From IMG/VR virus record IMGVR_UViG_3300028833_000074, positions 88,285-152,284 of that record: a DNA stretch of 64,000 nt; one strand, written 5' to 3'. Each line of letters opens with the position of its first letter. The first letter of the stretch is position 1. The position numbers were made by a program, and so were the translations under genes. The DNA comes from a virus. Taxonomy: Duplodnaviria; Caudoviricetes. Below the pieces are notes generated by a model. That model saw nothing but the letters and a program-made list of their open reading frames with translations, made no database searches and was not told the origin of the DNA. This document shows positions 21,535 to 33,463 of the stretch, one piece after another.

Positions 21535-22418
21535 TATAAATCACTCCTATTGTTTTCATTGTATAATTGGAAATATTTCGGCTCTAATCTGTTATATAGT
21601 TTTACAACCATATTCTTTTCTATCAAATTGTACACTACACTATATATGGTATACTCAAATTTATCTTGCACATCTGTAACGCCATAAATTTGCTCAACGC
21701 TGCCAAGCAAATGCATTGTTTCATTAATGGGGCTAAAGATATCTTCGCAATTATTTAAGCAACCAAGCAAGTAAGTAAGACGCTCGAAACGCTCATCTGA
21801 TGAGTATCCACCGGCAAGTCCATCGGTTTTGCGCCCCCTTGAGTACCATACTGGGTCATTGCCATAATTAGATACACTATCTCCAATCATACTTAAGCCG
21901 AATTCACAAATATCTTTTTGCAATGGATATGGGGGATTATTGGTCATCACATCATTATGATATACTTTTAAGCCATCAATGGTTTGCTCAACAATGATAG
22001 CATCGTTCTCATCACAAATAAACCAATGCATATCAGTATTTTGTATTGTATCTGAATAGTTCTCATTGGTGATATTTACATCAATAAGCCATTCTTCAAC
22101 TGTAGCAACATCCCTAAATTGTCCTAATATTTCAAAAACAAATTGATATGCTGGTATATTTATCATAAATTCTTCTGGCTCATTATAGTGAGCATTACCA
22201 GTAAACGCTAATGCCCCACAAAATAAGCCACATTCATTAATCCCATCATATAGAAGGGGATATTCTTCGGCTATTCCACTACATATTCCTAAAATTGCGA
22301 ATCCACTATCGTATTCGTCTCTTTTGATTTTTATTATTTGCTCTTGGTAGGACATTTCATAGTCAAAATTCCTACCGACGCAATGTTTATATTTCAATGC
22401 GGTACACATCTTATTCAC
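21534..22418 (-). CDS. choloylglycine hydrolase/penicillin V acylase family (Ntn, C59) hydrolase; likely start at 22409
   Basis: M-CTA catalytic Cys, GRNFDY, DGINECGL, HWFICD, VMTNNP, SSDERFER. Confidence 0.9.
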   Translation of the reverse strand: MNKMCTALKYKHCVGRNFDYEMSYQEQIIKIKRDEYDSGFAILGICSGIAEEYPLLYDGINECGLFCGALAFTGNAHYNEPEEFMINIPAYQFVFEILGQFRDVATVEEWLIDVNITNENYSDTIQNTDMHWFICDENDAIIVEQTIDGLKVYHNDVMTNNPPYPLQKDICEFGLSMIGDSVSNYGNDPVWYSRGRKTDGLAGGYSSDERFERLTYLLGCLNNCEDIFSPINETMHLLGSVEQIYGVTDVQDKFEYTIYSVVYNLIEKNMVVKLYNRLEPKYFQLYNENNRSDL

Positions 22419-22521
22419 CCACTTTAAAAAAAATCACCATAACAATAATCAATGACATCAATAACACAAAAAATAACCATATATCACTTATCATCAATAG
22501 ATATAACAGTAATTCCCACAT

Positions 22522-25500
22522 TTAATTATCCTCTCTTTCTTTTAATTCATCATCAATCATTTGCTTAAGATTTTGCAAATCATCAACAGTAAAATATTCT
22601 AAAGGCAGATATTTCAATTGCATTGTAATGGCAAACATAAGAAATCGACTATCAAGGGTTGTTATTTCATCATATAATGTAATGCAATCATCGATACGAT
22701 TTACTTCATCAACAAAACATTCCCAACTAACTGCTGTATCCCATAAGAATTTTTGACCCCAGTTTGTATCTAATGCAATATTCATCTGCTCTTCAAGCAA
22801 AATAGCCCAATCAGATAAATATTTGTCCAATTGCTCTTGTGTTAAATCACTCATTCATATCACCTTGCATCTTCTTTAATTTTCGTATTTCATCTTCTTT
22901 TTCATTTAGTATTTTTACAACTTGTTTGCCTAATCTTTGATGCTTAATTGATGTCATAATAGCACCATCATTTTCATTATCAACTATGAATCCAGTTGAT
23001 TCCTCATATTCATACCTATCCATATCAATCACTCAAGTTAATAATAACACGACATATATAGAAAATAAACCAAAAATATATTATTATGAAAACCAGCCAA
23101 CTTAATCCCATAAGATTGAAGACATATGTTGCCAAGTATATGCCACTTCCTAATACCACGCACATAAACAACAATACAAGCAAGTAAGCAAGAAGTTTAA
23201 TCCAATCCATTTTATTTCAACTCCACTTTTCTGCTGTTTAGGTCATCGACCCATTTTTTAAGTCTATAATCACGAACAACATATTTGTCATGTCCATCAT
23301 ATGATGCAAACGCAACTATAACATGAGTATCTCTATCTATAATGACCCATCGCTTATTGTCAACATCATCTTTAAGGGCATATCTCTCTTGCCATTGATA
23401 AAAATCATTTACCATTTTATCAACTGCAAACTTGTTATCAGTAATATATGCACTTGTATCATCAATTGACTCTAAAAAATCTACAAAGTATTTCGCTTCC
23501 CAATCCCATAAAGAATTTAACGCTCTTTCGTTTTCTATTGTATGTTCCATATTATCTTCTCTTAAACCATAAATAATCATATCTTCTATGAAAATCATAT
23601 TTTGCTGTATGAATCATCGGATGTTTTACCCAATGTCCGCCGGCATTTTCATCTTCGGATTCAAAAAATAAATCTAAATCATCAATTTTAAACCATTCTG
23701 TAGCAAATGTTTTATATGGTCGATTCTGACTTCTAAACATTGGGCAACTAAATGGCCAATTATATGATGTTCGTTCATCCCAATAATCCTTTAATTTGAT
23801 GCGATTACAAAATCTCGCCCAAGCATAAAGGTAATCTCGGTCTTTTCTCATTTTTCACACCATTCTTGAAACTCTAACAATTTTTCGCATTGATGCTTGT
23901 AATGATTCACTTCAAATCGCAAGAACACATTCTCTTCTGCAAGTTCATTTAATAAATTAACAACCTTATCTATTTTATACAAAGTATTATGCTCAACCAC
24001 AACATAAGGCATATCTCGTATAATGTCTTCGCTTACAGCACACCGAAATCGTTTATCACTCATCTTTTAACCTCTCAAATTTCTCACAATATCCTTTTTT
24101 AAATTCATCAAAAACCAAACAATAGCAATCTGAATCATATTCATCAAAACAATAACTTTGAAAATAAACACAAGATTCACAACGATTAAAATAATCATAA
24201 CTATCAGTCATCATCATCACCCACAAATCGAATACAAGTACTGTCTGTAATATCTCCTTTTTCTAAATAACTCCTCCAAATCTTATTTAATACCTTTTCC
24301 TTTTGTTTTAATATTTCTATTTCCTCTTTTAACTGCTCATTCTCTTCTTTCAATTTCTCATTTTCTTCTGCAAGATTGGATTCAAAGGTTTCTGTTCCCT
24401 CATTGAATTTACTTTTCCAGTAATTTCTTTGTTTTATAAGAAATGTGTTTTCCTTTTGCAGTTGCTCGTTCTTTCCTCTTAATTGTGAAATAGTGGCTTG
24501 TTGCTCATTTAATTTATCAACAACCTTATGGGAATCAACAACATCAAGATGAGCAAAATATTTTCCATCTTTTTCAAATTGGTATTTATTTACATTAAAA
24601 GCAAATCGTTCTTCACTCATCTTTATCACTCTTCACATTAACTTTGCCTATTCTTTCTACATCTTGATTTCTCCTTTTTTCCTCTTTTTTGAATTCTTTG
24701 AATATTCTTTTTATCTCTTCTTTTGTTGTTCCATCATAATATACAATTAAAACCATCAGTCATCACCATTTCAATCTTCTCATTCATCATTATTCCTCTG
24801 TCTTGGTTCTGCAACAATCTTATAAGTATAATCCCACTTCTCATCCTTATCTTTTGCAAAATATGAAACTGCATACACATTTCCGATGTAATTATAATGG
24901 TGTTTGCAACGATAATCTCTTAAACAATAAACCATATACTCATCATCTGACCAACCAGCAATCCAAATGGATATTATACCATTTTCTTCTTCTTCTAAAC
25001 TCCCCATTTCTAAAGAACCTTTTATAATGGGAATTAATTCTTCAAATGTATGTTTATTATAAAATTTTATTAGTTCTTCTTCTCCTAAATCAATCATTAT
25101 TCATTCTCCTTTTCTAATTTTATTTTTTTCATTCATTTTTTCACTCCCCAAACTACCTCTTCATTAATTTTATTAACTTCACCAGTAAAATAATTAATAA
25201 CATATTTAAGAGCAAGTTTTTCAAGATAAAATTCCTTACCTTTTTCTTTTTTTATTATTTCATTTTTTTCACCCCATTCATCTAAAAGAAGTTTTTTCTT
25301 ATTTTGCACATTTGTATAATGTCCTATTTCATTATTGCATTTTATTCTTTTCTCTAAAAAAGATGTTTTATTTTTCAATTGTTCATTTTCTTTTTCTAAA
25401 TCTTTGACTTCTGCTTGCAAAAAAGCATTATAATCACTTGTTGCATTCATAGTAGTTTCAAGTGATTTCACTTGTTTTTGTAACTGCTCATTTTCTTCTT

Positions 25501-28486
25501 GTAATGAATTAAGCCAACCAACAACCATTCTTTCCTTATTTTCAATTGATTTTCCAGTAATATTATCTGTAATTCTCCACCAAGTTGATTGAATATAATC
25601 TAATGTAAATCGTTCCTCACTCATCATCAATCACCTTTTCACCCATACCTTTCACCTATTTCAATAACAACTAAACACCATCTTTTTACTTTTCAACAAT
25701 TTATAAACCATAAGCATCTGCTCTTCTGTCAGAAAATACATATTAGGGATTTTCCCTTTTCTATCAATTATCCTAAAATGAGTAAATGGAGTAGTTTCAT
25801 CTTCTCTCCATTTATGCATAATAAATCTTTCACTCATCTTTCTCACCATCGGATGTTGTGAATGTTATTCTCTTTCCTTTTGGTAGTGGAGGAATTTCCC
25901 ACACTTGAATCTGACCATCATCACTCTTGGGTTGTTGGCAGATTAACAATTGTGTTCGCAATAGTTGATAATCAATTATCATTTCATCGATAGCAATTTT
26001 CTGCTCATCAATAATAGATTGTTGTTCATTCAATAAATCTATGACATCATCTATTTCTATAAAAAACTTATCTTGATTGGAGTCAAATATATATTCTCCC
26101 CTATCGAAAGGATAGGCATTTTTAAGTACAAATCTTTTATTGCTCATTTTATATCCACTCATCGAATGTTCCATTATAAATATTATAAATTATTCTCCCA
26201 GTTACATTACTGTCAAATTTTGTATGAAACTTATTCTTTATTTCTTGAAATATTTCTGCATTAAAATCTTCAAAAGGGGGTAGCATATTTTTTATGGTTC
26301 TGACATCTTTTATTCGCCATTGTGCTTTATGCCCATTCCCTAATCTGACTATCCCATTTGGAGAAACATTTCTGATATGATATTTTTTTACATGACTGGA
26401 ATTAAATACAAATCGTTTTTTACACCTTCCAACATCTTCTATTATTTCAGTATTCCCATTCGCCCAAATAAGAATATCATTCTTTTCTTCAAGTGCAACA
26501 TAATGAGAAAACAATTCACGATAATCATTTTTGCAATTATCATTCTCTTCTTTGAGTTCCGCAATGATTGTTTGAAATCTTTTGTTTTCTTGATGTTTTT
26601 CAATCGTAAGATGTTTGATGATAGATTGTTGCTTGTTCAACCTTTCAGTTACTTCTAAAGCAGTCATTTCCCTTTCTTTTTCGTTATCCCATACAAAAAA
26701 GGTATGCTCATCAAACATCAAAGTATATCTGCCATCAGTCCATTTATGAATATCTTTACTCATTATCAATCACCTCTTTAATCTCATAAGCGACACCAAA
26801 TGGAATAAACATCTGACAGAAACTCATAATATTCTCTCTTTTTCCATAATTACAATACACCATCAATTTCGGTTCTGACTCGTAAGACATTTCTAACTTG
26901 ACAATATCATCATATGCAATCGCTTTAAACTCCAAATCTGCTAAACTACCTTCCCTATACTTTCCGAAAACATTTCCTTTTATCAATTCTTTTAACTTAT
27001 CATTCTCCTCTTTCAGATTTTGAATAAGTTTATTTTGCTCACCAATTTTTACAATGTCTTTGCTATGTTGCTCTATCCATTCGCTTATCTGTTTATCTTT
27101 TTTCTTAAGTTCTCTTTCTTGCCCTTGAATTAGCCATTCATTTGCAGTTAATCCCTTATAATGTGTCAAATTCCCATATCCACCATTAATCTTTTCCAAT
27201 CTTCTCTTTAACTGCTCATTCTCTTCATACAAGGAATTTATCAAATCACAACTTTTATGAATATCATATTCAGTAGTGTTTTTGTTGACTGCATAAATAT
27301 CAATTATTCTCTTTTCATCAAAACTAACTTCAAATCGTTTTTCGCTCATTCGTTTCACCACATCTACTTCAAATCGTTTCTTCATATTAACTTCCTCGTT
27401 ATTACTCTTCTTCATTGTAGGACATCCAAAAGACATAAAAAAAGAAATCAAGAAACCAAAAAAGCAAACGACATAGTAAATTTATATGAAAATTGTTTCT
27501 TTTTTGTCTGCTTCCTCTAAAAATGCCTTTATGATGCCATTAGGTAATGTAATACCACGAATTGATAAATATTTTTCAAACTCTTCCAATACATAATCAT
27601 ATTTTTGACTTGGCAATGCACCCATTCTATCACCATAACCTTAAAATTAAAGATTTTCTCTAATTTTTGCGAATCTGATTTCGTAGAATATATGGCTCAA
27701 CATCTTATGAGAGAGTGGTTTCTCCAGCGTTAATAAAGTGTATATATCTTGCCTTTTCAAAGGGATATGAATATCGATATGTGTGTGTATTGGTCAAAAC
27801 AATATCAATAATAGGTTTGCCATCGTTGTCTTTTGATATACGAATACTATGTATATCATCACTTATGAAAGTTAATGTATTTGTTTGTGTACGATTGGTA
27901 ATTTTAACCAAAGCATTGTGTACTGTTGGATTTACACAATTTTTGATATGAAAGCCATAGTCCATTTCCATTAAGGCATCACAAAATTTTAATAATTTGT
28001 CTGTACCAGTAAATTCTATCATAATGTTAGTTATATATTCTATTGTTTAAAAACTAAAGATTTTCTCTAAATTTTGCGAATCTGATTTTATGCATTTGCA
28101 TCGTTATCGTATGCGATTTTTTCTAAACGCTCTGTAATGTCATGTTGTTTTTCTTTTTCAAGATAACTATCATTCATTGATGATATGTAATCATAATATT
28201 CATGTATAGCATCAACAACTTTTTTAGGGTCAAAATGTTTAACTTGTATTAAAAAGCGAATAAAACCATCGATAGTGCTTTGTTCGATTTCAACTGCATA
28301 ATCTTGTTTTCTTTTCGTATCTACATATTTGTTTTTTTCATATTCAAGATAAGAGATTTTTTCAATGTAATCTTTAATTTCAAGATATGAATCTGATTCT
28401 TCTGCTTTTTCCTTTAATAATCCTATAATTTCATTGTATATATCATTAGATAATTGTAGTCTATAATAATCATTCATTTTCTTCAC
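22522..28486 (-). other. cluster of small CDSs including the MSExRF/EENEQLK paralog family
   Basis: About 18 coupled ORFs with a recurring N-terminal motif and coiled coil. Confidence 0.65.
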
Positions 28487-29002
28487 CTAAAATCCATATT
28501 TTTGCATTTCTGCATCAAGTGTTCGCCATCCAACACCATTCATACTTTTTGCCACAACATCAATGGGTTCATCAAGCAATAATATTTTATGTACTGCAAG
28601 ACGCTTAATGCGTTTTTTCAATATCATATTTTTCTTGTTTTCTTCTGCGACCATTGTCATAAAAAAAGTAAGCCAAAGCAATAATGTGTCTTCTGCATAT
28701 TTTTGAGCAACTTTTCTGCAGACATCCACACATTGCCTTTTTGCTTCCAAATCCCAATTTTCAGTTACAACATCATACACCAAACAAAAAGAATCATACA
28801 CATATTGCGAACCATATTGCTGTTTTAAATAGTATAATTCTTGAAAATAATCAATATCTGTTGGTCTTTTCGCATTGCCATTGGTGTCTTCAATATAAAC
28901 ACACCATTCATCAAAACTACCAACATCAAAATATATCTTATATCCATTGGACAATTCAAATCCCCTATTATAGTTCACCACTTGTGTAAATTTTCTTATC
29001 AT
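28487..29002 (-). CDS. hypothetical protein (start likely MIRKF)
   Basis: FDVGSFDEWCVY...LKKRIKRL..H. Confidence 0.65.
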   Translation of the reverse strand: MIRKFTQVVNYNRGFELSNGYKIYFDVGSFDEWCVYIEDTNGNAKRPTDIDYFQELYYLKQQYGSQYVYDSFCLVYDVVTENWDLEAKRQCVDVCRKVAQKYAEDTLLLWLTFFMTMVAEENKKNMILKKRIKRLAVHKILLLDEPIDVVAKSMNGVGWRTLDAEMQKYGF

Positions 29003-29004
29003 TT

Positions 29005-29461
29005 TTACATCAATCCATATATTATGAAAGACAGTAATAATACTAATATTACAATAAGTATGATAATTCCAAAAGTAAAGATTTTCTCTAAATTTTGCGA
29101 ATCTGATTTGGGGTCGGCTTGAAGCCATTGCAAAATCACGAATGCTTGAGAATAATTTAGTCCATAGGCAGTATTGCCATTTTCATCGGAGATGTTGTAG
29201 TATGGTTCGTTCGTAATTTTATCAACAGATTCTTCCAATGTATATTTACTCATCCAATTCACCATATTTGGCTTTGTACAGATGCAAGACATAACTTCTG
29301 CAGAAATATAATATCAAAAAGCCAGTTGATAAAAAGATTTCCCCTATAAGATAAGTGCTTATTCTATGTGAAAAAATGGTCTGCAAAAAAATCAATACCG
29401 AAAGCACTACACAAAATACTCCTACGATTTCGCAAACATTTGCTATCATCATCTTATTCAT
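29005..29461 (-). other. two small membrane-protein CDSs (29005-29252, 29246-29461)
   Basis: Hydrophobic segments; TATA box at 29505-29512. Confidence 0.55.
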
Positions 29462-29708
29462 TTATATCACCATTATAATTTATGTAAAATTTTATTTTTT
29501 ATCATATATAAATATTGTTATTTTTACTACTTTTATTAAAAATAGTCATTACATATATATGTCCTACCATTTTTTTGGCATTTTCGCACAAAAGTATGAA
29601 AAAAAGCAAAAAAGGAGCAAGGAAATCGCTTCTTTTGAAGTTGAATATCGTTTCTTTGGGCTTCTTTTTGATTTCCTTAAACCGATTTTTTGGGCAGTCA
29701 GATATATT

Positions 29709-31919
29709 TTACTGACCACCTAATTTTTGGATGGCTTCGACACTTTTTGGTTTTATGCCTACAAAAATGACTTCACCATTTCTTGTCTTTGTGTGATATT
29801 CAGATGGGAGATTCAAGGCTTCTTTGACTTCCTTGATGAAAGTTTGGCTATTTCCTAACTTGATTGTTGGCTCAAGCATTTTATCAAGCAAGTAATTATG
29901 AATGAAAGTATGCATTTCAGTATATGTTACTGATTCTTCTTGGTCTATTTTACCTTTATCATCATATACTGGAGCGAAATGCTCTTTAACGAAATATCGC
30001 TCTGGATATGTGCATTTCTCTATCCTATTTTTCTTTTCTTGGGCAGAAATAGATGGAATAGGGATAGATTTCTTATCAAGTTCCAGTTCGATATAGGTTC
30101 TTGTTGCTTGTTGGACTAACCATTGCTTACATTCATCGGTTATTAGGTCTTGCCAACGATATCCCAAGTCCTTTATTGATTTCTTTGGTATTATGACAAG
30201 TACTCGCCTAAAAACGCCCTCTCCAGCAAATTTATCGTACATATTTCGTGGAAATTGGTTACCTATAAACCAACATCTTGGTACAGTTTCTGATGGAATA
30301 TTAATGGTATTTTTATTTTTCTTTTCTACTGCAAGGTTACTTCCAGTACTGATTGTTTTCAATATCTCTGCAAAATCGTTTTTCGCCCCTTGTATCTCAT
30401 CTATGATGATGCAATCATTTTCACCGAACATAGATAAACCGAATTTTTCATCTGAAAGTTTGGTGACTATTTGGGATTCCCATTGATAAAATATTTCGCA
30501 GATAGCCTTAATGAATGTTGTTTTTCCAGTTTCACCTTTAGAGAGCAAGAATATGGATTCTTGTCTTTGTGTATACCCTTTATCATACAAGCAACAACCC
30601 AAGTAAGCAAGTAGGGCTTCTCTATCTTGTTTTGTAAAGCATTCGTTGAAGATATGCTCCATTGCTCCACCATCAATATCTTCATCAAGATATAATTCAG
30701 TCTTTGTGTTTCTCAATGGTAACAAAGGCACATTATAGTTTAATTTCTCTATCTTCTGCTCTTCGATGTTGTAAAAGCAGTTATTGAACCCTACAAGGTT
30801 TTGATTTTTGTACTGTTTCCCTTGTATCCAGTTAGGTATTTTCTCAAAAATATCGGTAGCAGAGATAAGTATGCCATCCTTATATTGAGTGCTATTGGCA
30901 GTTTCCTTGATAAAGGTTGTGTTATTTTGTATTTGTTTAACTATATCCCTATCGTGCTTAAAAGGTACAAATCTGCCTTCCCCATTGTTAAAATAATATT
31001 CATTTGTGGTCGGCTCTTCGCACAATCCTATTTGCTTTTCCAATTCCTTGCACAATGCAGAAAGCATATCATTAGGAGAGAAAGAAGAAACTACAATATT
31101 ACCTTGATATGTCCAAATATTCTTCAAATTAGATAATAAGAAATACAATCTTTTAAATTCATTAATGGTTTGATAATATAATGAGTTTTTCACCTTTTCC
31201 ATATTCCTTGTTGGTGGAATCCTTGTTCGTGGAATCTTTTTCCATTCCTTGATGTTTGCTATATCATCTTCAAGTTTTGCTATATTCTTTTCCAATGTGC
31301 TTACTGTAGTAATGTTATATAGGTCAATCACCTTATTATCTACATACTTTTCCCAATCATCGCCATATTCTTCTTTCTTTTCTTCGACAGATAGGAGCAA
31401 ATCAATGTTTGCCTTTTCGTTATCAATTGCATTTTGCTTTAATTTGATTTGTTCATTTAACATATTGGTTATGGTAGATTTGATAAATGTACGATTCGGA
31501 TATTTCTGAACCAATTCGTAAAAATGGTCGAAAACGATATTATCAACATTCGGACACCCATTAATGCTCTGAATACTATATTGCTCATTGAAATCTTTAG
31601 CCATTCTTTGCCATAATGCCTTTTTATCATCGGAAATCTTCGGTATCTTGGTGTGTTGCATATCTCTCAATTGCATTTTTTCATACTTTTTATTCGCTTT
31701 TTTTAAGGCTTCATTCTCTTCCCTTAACTTTTTATTCCTTGCAGTAATGCTTTTATTGTTTTTTCTATATTGCTCCAAGATTGATGGAGAGCCACCCCTA
31801 ACTTGTTGCAAAAGTTTAGCATTCTGCTTCTTTAGGGCTTCATAGTTCGCCTTATCATACTCTTCTTGTAATTCATTATATAAATCTTCATCTATTTGAT
31901 TGAAGTCTTCTTCTCCCAT
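29709..31919 (-). CDS. D5/P4-family SF3 helicase with an N-terminal coiled region
   Basis: VGFNNC (D5_N), Walker A KGETGKTT, Walker B IIIDE, motif C FIGN, FRRV. Confidence 0.88.
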   Translation of the reverse strand: MGEEDFNQIDEDLYNELQEEYDKANYEALKKQNAKLLQQVRGGSPSILEQYRKNNKSITARNKKLREENEALKKANKKYEKMQLRDMQHTKIPKISDDKKALWQRMAKDFNEQYSIQSINGCPNVDNIVFDHFYELVQKYPNRTFIKSTITNMLNEQIKLKQNAIDNEKANIDLLLSVEEKKEEYGDDWEKYVDNKVIDLYNITTVSTLEKNIAKLEDDIANIKEWKKIPRTRIPPTRNMEKVKNSLYYQTINEFKRLYFLLSNLKNIWTYQGNIVVSSFSPNDMLSALCKELEKQIGLCEEPTTNEYYFNNGEGRFVPFKHDRDIVKQIQNNTTFIKETANSTQYKDGILISATDIFEKIPNWIQGKQYKNQNLVGFNNCFYNIEEQKIEKLNYNVPLLPLRNTKTELYLDEDIDGGAMEHIFNECFTKQDREALLAYLGCCLYDKGYTQRQESIFLLSKGETGKTTFIKAICEIFYQWESQIVTKLSDEKFGLSMFGENDCIIIDEIQGAKNDFAEILKTISTGSNLAVEKKNKNTINIPSETVPRCWFIGNQFPRNMYDKFAGEGVFRRVLVIIPKKSIKDLGYRWQDLITDECKQWLVQQATRTYIELELDKKSIPIPSISAQEKKNRIEKCTYPERYFVKEHFAPVYDDKGKIDQEESVTYTEMHTFIHNYLLDKMLEPTIKLGNSQTFIKEVKEALNLPSEYHTKTRNGEVIFVGIKPKSVEAIQKLGGQ

Positions 31920-32155
31920 ATCATCACCTTTTAAATCATTTATTGTCTTGAAATTTTTCAGACACTTTTTTGTCTTTCTACTCCCTTACTTTATATATAT
32001 ATTTTTATTAAATACCTACTATTTATTTTTTTTTATTTTTTTATAATATTAAGGGGTAGAAAAGTGAAAAAGTGTTGGTAATATATATCTTGTATATAAT
32101 ATTTAAGCCTTACTATGTTCGTAAAAGCACGAACGAAAGCAAGAAAGAAAAAAAA

Positions 32156-33132
32156 TTAGATTGTGGACATTATTCTGATTACATCGGTTTCATCGATGGT
32201 GCTTGTGTCATCATAATGCCATACATTTTCATCATTATATGTTTCAAATTTGCTATAAATCATTTCTTCAAAAACTTCAGTAATTTCGGCTATCAAATCA
32301 ATAATAGTAAAATTATCTAATCTATTTAAACTATCAAGCCATTTTACAATATCTTGTACTGCATAATTCCATTCAGTAGGATAAATGTAAATTAATTCTA
32401 TAAGGGAGATTTTTGCATCTCCCTTTTTATACATTAGACTCATCTTTATCACCTTTATCCTTATTCATCATAAATAAATTCATTTTCAACACTTTGTAAT
32501 ATCAAGGTTGCACAGATTTCTGCACTAACTTTATTCAAATCATCTATTGTCTTTTTTAATTGCTTATTTTCTTCTCTCCCATCCTTAAATTTATTTTTCC
32601 AGTAATCTCTCTCTTGTTTTAATTGCTTATTCTCTTCTTTAAGTTTATCCACTTCAACGAAGTAATTAAGCAATTCTTCATCTATATTAATATTTACATT
32701 TGTAAATTTACTCATCATTATCACCTTTAGAGTATAGTATGACAGTTCCCTTTCGTGCATCTTGAAAGATTACTGGCTTAAAACTATCCAATTCTTTCTT
32801 TAACTGCTCATTTTCCTTATTCAATCGCTTCACATCTGCTTCCAAATCTGCAGAATACTCCACAAAAGATTTTATCACACACATAATTTGCTCATTTGAA
32901 AGTTTAATTCGCTCTCCAATCACAATATCACCTTTAGAACAATCCCCTTTCAGATATCAGAGCCATTATCATCACCTAAAAAAACCAATGACCCATCAAT
33001 CTCCACTAACTCAACACATAAATCTTGGTCAACCATTTGATAGGGGTATCTTTCGGCATCTTCCTTATCAAAGAACAATGCTTTAATCTCATTCTGTTTG
33101 GTTATTGCGTACATCTTCGGCATCGATATCAT
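32156..33132 (-). other. small hypothetical CDSs (32156-32452, 32461-32718, 32708-32923, 32950-33132)
   Basis: Coupled ORFs; two carry the EENxQLK coil. Confidence 0.6.
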
Positions 33133-33454
33133 CCCCTAATGTATTCTTTAAATCAAGTTTCATCAACTTACAATCGCTTTCTATCGCTTCCAAGTGTTTT
33201 ACAAGCCTTTCTCTTTCTGCCCTTAACTTATCCTTATCCATATATGGAGCGATGCATTCCTTGAGCATTGAGTAATCCAATACTGTATATGGATACTTAT
33301 CCAGTTCTGCACAAACTTCCTTAAGAATGCAAGAAAGAAAGACATTCATTTCCACTTTCACTCTTTCTGATATCATCTTGTTTTCGCCGATGTTCTCTTT
33401 CATTAGTCTGACAACTTCGTTTTTCGCAAATAACATTTTATCTGTCATTATCAC
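33089..33454 (-). CDS. archaeal histone-fold (NFYB/HMf-like) protein with a C-terminal coil
   Basis: LFAKNEVVRLMK..ISERVKVEMNVFL..ILKEVC..TVLDY fits the three-helix histone fold. Confidence 0.7.
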   Translation of the reverse strand: MIMTDKMLFAKNEVVRLMKENIGENKMISERVKVEMNVFLSCILKEVCAELDKYPYTVLDYSMLKECIAPYMDKDKLRAERERLVKHLEAIESDCKLMKLDLKNTLGDDIDAEDVRNNQTE

Positions 33455-33463
33455 TCACTCTCC

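Larger units (their letters stand above)
20742..29109 (-). repeat. dispersed ~33-bp repeat, 4 copies (20742-20773, 27649-27681, 28056-28088, 29077-29109)
   Basis: AAAGATTTTCTCTAAATTTTGCGAATCTGATTT, near-identical copies. Confidence 0.9.
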
